Of a stretch of DNA of 64,000 nt, positions 54,501 through 64,000 are shown piece by piece. Source of the DNA: Eledone cirrhosa (taxonomy: Eukaryota); NCBI GenBank assembly GCA_964016885.1, contig OZ024754.1:23188001-23252000 (forward strand), read 5' to 3'. The translations under genes and the position numbers were made by a program. The notes under the pieces were generated by a model. It was not told the origin of the DNA. It made no database searches and worked only from the letters and a program-made list of their open reading frames with translations. Each line of letters starts with the position of its first letter. The stretch's first letter is position 1.

Positions 54501-57500
54501 CCTTAGACATACACTTACATCCTAACCCCAAGCCTTAGACTTAGACTTAAACCCCATCCCCAAGCCTTAGACTTACACTTACACCCTAACCACAAGCCTT
54601 AGAATTAAATTTTAAACACCAGCTACAAGCCTTAGACATAGATTTAAACCCAAAACCTAACCCCAAGCCTTAGACGTAAACCCTAACCCCAAGCGTTAGA
54701 CTTATACTTAAACCCCATCCCCAAGCGTTAGACTTAGACTTAAACCCTAACCCCAAGCCTTAGACTTACACTTACACCCTAACCACAAGCCTTAGAATTA
54801 AACTTAAACACCAGCTACAAGCCTTAGACATAGTTTTAAACCCCAAACCTAACCCCAAGCCTTAGACTTAAATCCTAACCCCAAGCGTTAGACTTTGTCT
54901 TAAACCACACACCCAAGACTTAGCCTTAGACTTAAACCCTAACCCCAAGCCGTAGACTTAATCCCTAAACCCAAGCCTTAGACGTAGACTTAAACCCCAT
55001 CCCCAAGCGTTAGACTTAGACTTAAACCCTAACTCCAAGCCTTAGACTTACACTTACACCCTAACCACAAGCCTTGGAATTAGACTTAAACCCCAACTAC
55101 AAGCCTTACACATAGATTTAAACCCCAAACCTAACCCCAAGACTTAGACTTAAACCTTAGCCCCAAGCCTTAAACTTAAACCCTAACCCCAAGCCTTAGA
55201 CATACACTTACATCCTAACCCCAAGCCTTAGACTTAGACTTAAACCCCATCCCCAAGCCTTAGACTTACACTTACACCCTAACCACAAGCCTTAGAATTA
55301 AATTTTAAACACCAGCTACAAGCCTTAGACATAGATTTAAACCCAAAACCTAACCCCAAGCCTTAGACGTAAACCCTAACCCCAAGCGTTAGACTTATAC
55401 TTAAACCCCATCCCCAAGCGTTAGACTTAGACTTAAACCCTAACCCCAAGCCTTAGACTTACACTTACACCATAACCACAAGCCTTAGAATTAAACTTAA
55501 ACACCAGCTACAAGCCTTAGACATAGTTTTAAACCCCAAACCTAACCCCAAGCCTTAGACTTAAACCCTAACCCCATGCCTTAAACTTAGACTTAAACCC
55601 CAAACCCAAGCCGTAGACTTAATTCCTAAGCCCAAGCCTTATACGTAGACTTACATCCTAACACCAAGCCTTAGACTTAGACTTAAACCCCATCCCCAAG
55701 CCTTAGACTTACACTTACACCCTAACCACATGCCTTTGAATTAGACTTAAACCCTAACCCCATGCCTTAAACTTACACTTACACTCTAACAGCAAGACTT
55801 AGACGTAGACTTAAACCCTAACCCCAAGCCTAAGACATAGACTTAAACCTCAACCTTAAGCCAAAGCCTTAGACTTAAACCCTAACCCCAAGCCTTAGAC
55901 TTACACTTACACCCAAACGACAAGCCTTAGAATTACACTTAAAAGCTAACCCCAAGACTTAGACTTAGACTTAAACCACAACATTAAGCCTTGGACTTAG
56001 ACTTAAACCACAACCACAAGACTTAGACATAGATTTAAACCCCAAACCTAACCCAAAGTCTTAGACTTAAACCCTAACCCCAAGCCTTAGACGTAAACCC
56101 TAACCCCAAGCGTTAGACTTAGACTTAAACCCCATCCCCAAGCGTTAGACTTAGACTTAAACCCTAACCCCAAGCCTCAGACTTAAACCCTAACCCCCAA
56201 GCCTAAGACTTACACTTAAACCCTAACCACATGCCTTAGAATTAGACATAAACCCTAACCCCAAGCCTTAAACTTAGACTTAAACCCTAACCCCAAGACT
56301 TAGACTTAGACTCAAACCCCAAACTTAAGCCTTAGACTTAGACCCTAACCCCAAGCCTTAGACTTACATTTACACCCTACCCATAAGCCGTAGAATTAGA
56401 CTTAAACCCAAAATACAAGCCATACATATAGATTTAAACCCCAAACCTAACCCCAAGTCTTAGACTTAAACCCTAACCAGATGCCTTAGACTTATACCCT
56501 AACCCCAAGCCTTAGACTTAGACTTAAACCCCAACCACAAGAGTTAGACTTATACTTAAACCCTAACCCCATGCCTAAAACTTAGACTTAAACCCTAACC
56601 CCAAGTCTTAGACTTACACTTATACCCTCACCTTAAGCCTTAGAATTAGACTTAAACCCCAACTACAAGCCTTACACATAGATTTCAACCCCAAACCTAA
56701 CCCCAAGTCTTAGACTTAAACCCTAACCCCAAGCCTTAGACTTAGACTTAAAACCCAACCCCAAAACATAGACTTAAACCCTAACCCCATGCCTTAAACT
56801 TAGATTTAAACCCCAACTCCAAGCCTTACATTTAGACTTAACTCCAACCCCAAACCTTAAACTTAGACTTAAACCCTAATCCCAGGCCTCAGAAATAGAC
56901 TTAAAACCCAACCCCAAGCCTTTGAGTTCGACTTAAAGCCCAACTCTTAGCCTTAAATTAAACCTTAACCCCAAGTCTTAGACTTAAACCCTAACCCCAA
57001 GCCTTAGACTTAGACTGAAACCCAATCCCCAAGCCTTAGACTTACACTTACACTCTATCCACAAGCCTTAGACTTAGAGTTAACTCCAACCACAAGTCTT
57101 AAACTTAGACTTAAACCCTAACCCCATGCCTTAAACTTAGACTTAAACCCTAACCACAAGCCTTAGACTTACACTTACACCCTAACCACAAGCCTTAGAA
57201 TTAGACTTAAACCCAAACTACAAGCCTTAAACATAGATTTCAACCACAAACCTAACCCCAAATCTTAGGCTTAAACCCTAACCACTAGACTAAGACTTAA
57301 ACCCTAACCCCAAGCCTTAGACTTAGACTTAAACCCAACCCCAAGACTTAAAACTTAGACTTAAACCCTAACCCCATGCCTTAAACTTAGACTTAAACAC
57401 CAACACCAAGCCTTAGATTTAGACTTAAACACCAACCCCAAGCCTTAAACTTAGACTTAAACCCTAACACCAAGCCTCTGAAATAGACTTAAACCCCAAC

Positions 57501-60500
57501 CCCAAGCCTTAGATATAGACTTACATCCCAACTCCTAGCCTTAGACTTAAACCCTAACCCCAAGCCTTAGACTTAAACCCTAACCCAAACCTTAGACTTA
57601 ACCTTAAACCCCATCACTAAGTCTTAGAATTAGACTTATACACCAAATACAAGCCTTATATTTAGATTTAAACACCAAACCTAACCCCAAGTCTTAGACA
57701 TAGACCCTAAGCCCAAGCCTAATACTTAAACCCCAACCCCATGCCTTAAACTTACACTTAAACCCTGAGCCCAAGCCCTAGACTTACACTTACACTCTAA
57801 CAGCAAGACTTAGACGTAGACTTAAACCGTAACCCCTAGCCTTAGACATAGACTTAAACCTCAAACTTAACCCTAAGCCTTAGACGTACACTTACACCCA
57901 AACGACAAGCCTTAGAGTTACACTTAAAACCTAACCCCAAGACTTAGACGTAGACTTAAACCACAACATTAAGCCTTGGACTTAGACTTAAACCACAACC
58001 ACAAGACTTAGACATAGATTTAAACCCCAAACCAAACCGCAAGTCTTAGACTTAAACCCTAGCCCCAAGCCTTAGACGTAAACCCTAACCACAAGCGTTA
58101 GACTTATACTTAAACCCCATCCCCAAGCGTTAGACTTAGACTTAAACCCTAACCCCAAGCCTTAGACTTACACTTACACCGTAACCACAAGCCTTGGAAT
58201 TAGACTTAAACCCCAACTACAAGCCTTACACATAGATTTAAACCCCAAACCTAACCCCAAGTCTTAGACTTAAACCTTAACCCCAAGCCTTAGACTTAAA
58301 CCCTAACCCCAAGCCTTAGACGTACACTTACATCCTAACCCCAAGCCTTAGACTTAAACCCCATCCCCAAGCCTTATACTTACACTTACACCCTAACCAC
58401 AAGCATTAGAATTAAACTTAAACACCAGCTACAAGGCATAGACATAGATTTAAACCCCAAACCTAACCCCAAGTCTTAGACTTAAAACCTAACCACAAGC
58501 CTTAGAATTAGACTTAAAACCTAACCCCAAGCTTTAAACTTAGACTTAAACCCTAACCACAAGATTAGACTTACATTTACACCGTAACCCCAAGATTTAG
58601 ACTTAGACTTAAACGCCAACATTAAGCCTTAGACTTAGACTTAAACCACAACCACAAGACTTAGACATAGATTTAAACCCCAAACCTAACCCAAAGTCTT
58701 AGACTTAAACCCTAACCCGAAGCCTTAGACTTAGACTTAAACCCCAACCACAAGACTTAGACTTATACTTAAACCCTAACCCCATGCCTAAAACTTAGAC
58801 TTAAACCCTAACCCCAAGTCTTAGACTTACACTTATACCCTCACCCTAAGCCTTAGAATTAGACTTAAATCCCAACTACAAGCCTTACACGTAGATTTAA
58901 ACCCCAAACCTAACCCCAAGTCTTAGACTTAAACCCTAACCCCAAGCCTTAGACTTAGACTTAAAACCCAACCCCAAAACTTAGACTTAAACCCTAACCC
59001 CATGCCCTAAACTTAGATTTAAACCCCAACTCCAAGCCTTAAATTTAGACTTAACTCCAACCCCAAGCCTTAAACTTAGACTTAAACCCTAATCCCAGGC
59101 CTCAGAAATAGACTTAAAACCCAACCCCAAGCCTTTGAGTTAGACTTAAAGCCCAACTCTTAGCCTTAAATTAAACCTTAACCACAAGTCTTAGACTTAA
59201 ACCCTAACCCCAAGCCTTAGACTTAGACTCAAACCCAATCCCCAAGCTTAAGACTTACACTTACACCTTAACCACATGCCTTAGAATTAGACATAAACCC
59301 TAACCCCAAGCCTTAAACTTAGACTTAAACCCTAACCCCAAGACTTAGACTTAGACTCAAACCCCAAACTTAAGCCTTAGACTTAGACTTAAACCCTAAC
59401 CCCAAGCCTTAGACTTACATTTACACCGTACGCATAAGCCGTAGAATTAGACTTAAACCCAAAATACAACCTATACATATAGATTTAAACCCCAAACCTA
59501 ACCCCAAGTCTTAGACTTAAACCCTAACCCCAAGTCTTAGACTTACACTTATACCCTCACCCTAAGCCTTAGAATTAGACTTAAACCCCAACTACAAGCC
59601 TTACACATAGATTTAAACCCCAAACCTAACCCCAAGTCTTAGACTTAAACCCTAACCCCAAGCCTTAAACTTAGATTTAAACCCCAACTCCAAGCCTTAC
59701 ATTTAGACTTAACTCCAACCCCAAGCCTTAAACTTAGACTTAAACCCTAATCCCAGGCCTCAGAAATAGACTTAAAACCCAACCCCAAGCCTTTGAGTTA
59801 GACTTAAAGCCCAACTCTTAGCCTTAAATTAAACCTTAACCCCAAGTTTTAGACTTAAACCCTAACCCCAAGCCTTAGACTTAGACTGAAACCCAATCCC
59901 CAAGCCTTAGACTTACACTTACACTCTATCCACAAGCCTTAGAATTAGACTTAAACCCAAACTACAAGCCTTAAACATAGATTTCAACCCCAAGCCTAAC
60001 CCCAAGTCTTAGACTTTAACCAAAACCACTAGACTAAGACTTAAACCCTAACCCCAAGCCTTAGACTTAGACTTAAACCCAACCCCAAGACTTAGACTTA
60101 GACTTAAACCCTAACCCCATGCCTTAAACTTAGACTTAAACACCAACCCCAAGCCTTAGATTTAGACTTAACTCCAACCCCAAGTCTTAAACTTAGACTT
60201 AAAACCTAACCCCAAGCCTCTGAAATAGACTTAAACGCCAACCCCAAGCCTTAGACATAGACTTACATCCCAACTCCTAGCATTAGACTTAAACCCTAAC
60301 CCCAAGCCTTAGACTTAAACCCTAACCGCAAGCCTTAGACTTAAACCCTAACCCCAAACCTTAGACTTAACCTTAAACCCCATCACTAAGGCTTAGAATT
60401 AGACTTAAACCCCAAATACAAGCCTTATACATAGATTTAAACACCAAACCTAACCCCAAGTCTTAGACATAGACCCTAACCCCAAGTCTAATACTTAAAC

Positions 60501-62300
60501 CCTTACCCCAAGCCTTAGACTTAGACTTAAACCCTAACCCCATGCCTTAATCTTACACTTAAACCCTGAGCCCAAGCCCTAGACTTACACTTACACTCTA
60601 ACAGCAAGACTTAGACGTAGACTTAAACCCTAACCCCAAGCCTTAGACATAGACTTAAACCTCAAACTTAACCCAAAGCCTTAGACTTAAACCCTAACCC
60701 TAAGCCTTAGACTTACACTTACACCCAAACGACAAGCCTTAGAATTACACTTAAAACCTAACTCCAAGACTTAGACTTAGACTTAGACTTAAACCACAAC
60801 ATTAAGCCTTGGACTTAGACTTAAACCACAACCACAAGACTTAGACATAGATTTAAACCCCAAACCAAACCGCAAGTCTTAGACTTAAACCCTAACCCCA
60901 AGCCTTAGACGTAAACCCTAACCCCAAGCGTTAGACTTAGACTTAAACCCCATCCCCAAGCGTTAGACTTAGACTTAAACCCTAACTCCAAGCCTTAGAC
61001 TTACACTTACACCCTAACCACAAGCCTTGGAATTAGACTTAAACCCCAACTACAAGCCTTACACATAGATTTAAACCCCAAACCTAACCCCAAGACTTAG
61101 ACTTAAACCTTAGCCCCAAGCCTTAAACTTAAACCCTAACCCCAAGCCTTAGACATACACTTACATCCTAACCCCAAGCCTTAGACTTAGACTTAAACCC
61201 CATCCCCAAGCCTTAGACTTACACTTACACCCTAACCACAAGCCTTAGAATTAAATTTTAAACACCAGCTACAAGCCTTAGACATAGATTTAAACCCAAA
61301 ACCTAACCCCAAGCCTTAGACGTAAACCCTAACCCCAAGCGTTAGACTTATACTTAAACCCCATCCCCAAGCGTTAGACTTAGACTTAAACCCTAACCCC
61401 AAGCCTTAGACTTACACTTACACCCTAACCACAAGCCTTAGAATTAAACTTAAACACCAGCTACAAGCCTTAGACATAGTTTTAAACCCCAAACCTAACC
61501 CCAAGCCTTAGACTTAAATCCTAACCCCAAGCGTTAGACTTTGTCTTAAACCACACACCCAAGACTTAGCCTTAGACTTAAACCCTAACCCCAAGCCGTA
61601 GACTTAATCCCTAAACCCAAGCCTTAGACGTAGACTTAAACCCCATCCTCAAGCGTTAGACTTAGACTTAAACCCTAACTCCAAGCCTTAGACTTACACT
61701 TACACCCTAACCACAAGCCTTGGAATTAGACTTAAACCCCAACTACAAGCCTTACACATAGATTTAAACCCCAAACCTAACCCCAAGACTTAGACTTAAA
61801 CCTTAGCCCCAAGCCTTAAACTTAAACCCTAACCCCAAGCCTTAGACATACACTTACATCCTAACCCCAAGCCTTAGACTTAGACTTAAACCCCATCCCC
61901 AAGCCTTAGACTTACACTTACACCCTAACCACAAGCCTTAGAATTAAATTTTAAACACCAGCTACAAGCCTTAGACATAGATTTAAACCCAAAACCTAAC
62001 CCCAAGCCTTAGACGTAAACCCTAACCCCAAGCGTTAGACTTATACTTAAACCCCATCCCCAAGCGTTAGACTTAGACTTAAACCCTAACCCCAAGCCTT
62101 AGACTTACACTTACACCCTAACCACAAGCCTTAGAATTAAACTTAAACACCAGCTACAAGCCTTAGACATAGTTTTAAACCCCAAACCTAACCCCAAGCC
62201 TTAGACTTAAATCCTAACCCCAAGCGTTAGACTTTGTCTTAAACCACACACCCAAGACTTAGCCTTAGACTTAAACCCTAACCCCAAGCCGTAGACTTTA
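38900..62300 (+). repeat. About 6.3-6.7-kb higher-order repeat (about 3 copies) plus one 3640-bp partial unit and a nested 693-bp duplication
   Basis: CCAGATG at 39824, 46496, 50136, 56477 (steps 6672, 3640, 6341). AGTTTTAAAC pairs at 44851/45544, 48491/49184, 54832/55525, 61478/62171 (693 within pairs; 3640, 6341, 6646 between pairs). Confidence 0.88.
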
Positions 62301-64000
62301 TCCCTAAACCCAAGCCTTAGACGTAGACTTAAACCCCATCCCCAAGCGTTAGACTTAGACTTAAACCCTAACCCCAAGCCTTAGACTTACACTTACACCC
62401 TAACCACAAGCCTTAGAATTAGACTTAAACCCCAACTACAAGTCTTACACATAGATTTAAACCCCAAACGTAACCCCAAGTCTTCAACTTAAACCTTAGC
62501 CCCAAGCCTTAGACTTAAACCCTAACCCAAGCCTTAGACGTACACTTACATCCTAACACCAAGCCTTACACATAGACTTAAACCCCATCCCTAAGCCTTA
62601 GACTTACACTTACACCCTAACAACAAGCCTTAGAATTACACTTAAACACCAGCTACAAGCCTTAGACATAGATTAAAACCCCAAACGTAACCATAAGTCT
62701 TAGACTTAAATCCTAACCCCAAGCGTTAGACTTTGTCTTAAACCACACACCCAAGACTTAGCCTTAGACTTAAACCCTAACCCCATGCCTTAAACTTAGA
62801 CTTAAACCCCAACCCCAAGCCGTAGACTTAATCCCTAAACCCAAGCCTTATACGTAGACTTACATCCTAACACCAAGCCTTAGACTTAGACTTAAACCCC
62901 ATCCCCAAGCCTTACACTTACACCCTAACCACAAGCCTTAGAATTACACTTAAACCCCAGCTACAAGACTTAGACATAGATTTAAACCCAAAACCTAAAC
63001 CCAAGCCTTAGACTTAGTCTTAAACCCCAAACCCAAGACTTAAACTTGGACTTACATCCTAACCCCATGCCTTAAACTTAGACATAAACGCCAGCCCCAA
63101 GCCTTAGACTTAAAACCTAACCCTAAGCCTTAGACTTACACGTACACCCTAACCACAAGCATTAGAATTAGACTTAAACCCCAATTACAAGCCTTAGACA
63201 TAGATTTAAAACGCAAATCTAAACGCAAGTCTTCGGCATAAACCCTAACCCTAAGCCTTAGACTTAAACCCAAACCCCAAGCCTTAGACGTAGCCTTAAA
63301 CCCCAACACTAAGCCTTAGACTTAGACTTAAACCCTAACCCCAAGCTTTAGACATAGAGTTAACCCCCAACCTTAAGCCTTAGACTTAGACCTAAACCCT
63401 AACCCTAAGCCTTAGAGTTAAACCTTAACCCCAAGCCTTAGATTTAGCCTTAAACCCCAACCCTAAGCCTTAGACTTAGACATAAACCCTAGCCCCAAGC
63501 CGTAGACTTACACTTACACCCCAAACTTAGACATATACTTAAACCCTAACACCAAGCCTCAGACTTAAACGCTAACCCCAAACGTTAGACTTAGACTTAA
63601 ACCCCATCCCCAAGCCTTAGACTTAGACTTAAACCCTAACCCCAAGCCTTAGACTTACATTTACACCCTAACCATAAGCCGTAGAATTAGACTTACACCC
63701 CAACTACAAGCCATACACATAGATTTAAACCCCAAACCTAACCCCAAGTCTTAGACTTAAACCCTAACCCCAAGCCTTAGACTTATACCCTAATCCCAAG
63801 CCTTAAACTTAGACTTAAACCCCAACCCCAAGCCTTACACTTAGACTTAACTCCAAACCAAAGCCTTAAACTTAGACTTAAACCGTAACCCCAAGCCTCA
63901 GAAATAGACTTAAACCCCATCCCCAAGCCTTAGACTTACACTTACACTCTAACCACAAGCCTTAGAATTAGACTTAAACCGCAACTACAAGCCTTACACA

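Larger units (their letters stand above)
20010..64000 (+). repeat. Telomere-related complex satellite array (right), same family and orientation as 1-15316
   Basis: Same 26/32/38-bp monomers and the same diagnostic variants (e.g. GCCTTAGGCGTAGCC at 27814, CACCGTACGC at 42797/52841/59424). The array runs off the window end. Confidence 0.97.

Noticed and set aside
1-64000. CRISPR array (26-38-bp periodicity)
   Set aside because: Monomers are contiguous with no unique spacers, there are no cas genes, and the context is eukaryotic telomeric.
1-64000. Satellite as a base-calling artefact of telomeric reads
   Set aside because: Rare variants recur at exact kb-scale offsets in multiple copies, which random or systematic miscalling would not produce. 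Junctions and copy numbers still need read validation.
1-64000. Assigning the host taxon from telomere motifs
   Set aside because: TTAGGG is shared by many animals, fungi, protists and some plants. The other motif resemblances are one or two changes from TTAGGG and are not diagnostic.

Overview
This window is entirely non-coding eukaryotic repeat DNA; no genuine gene, RNA gene, transposase or CRISPR array is supported. About 59 kb (1-15316 and 20010-64000) is a telomere-related satellite with consensus AAACCCT-AACCCC-AAGCCTT-AGACTT-(AGACTT) and 26/32/38-bp monomers, organised into kb-scale higher-order repeats. Hand-measured offsets are 693, 1507, 2237, 3640, 3848, 4606, about 6.3-6.7 kb and about 22.8-23.7 kb. 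A 4.7-kb island interrupts the satellite: degenerate (CCCTAA)n for 2.8 kb, a 0.94-kb AT-rich fold-back core of about 45-bp units that flip orientation near 18820, two to three inverted satellite monomers, then degenerate (TTAGGG)n for 0.85 kb. The island has the polarity of a tiny linear chromosome with two outward-facing telomeres. It is joined co-directionally to the satellite on the left and head-to-head (fusion-like) on the right. All listed ORFs are by-products of hexamer repeats or low complexity. The host organism cannot be determined, and all offsets were read by eye from marker variants.
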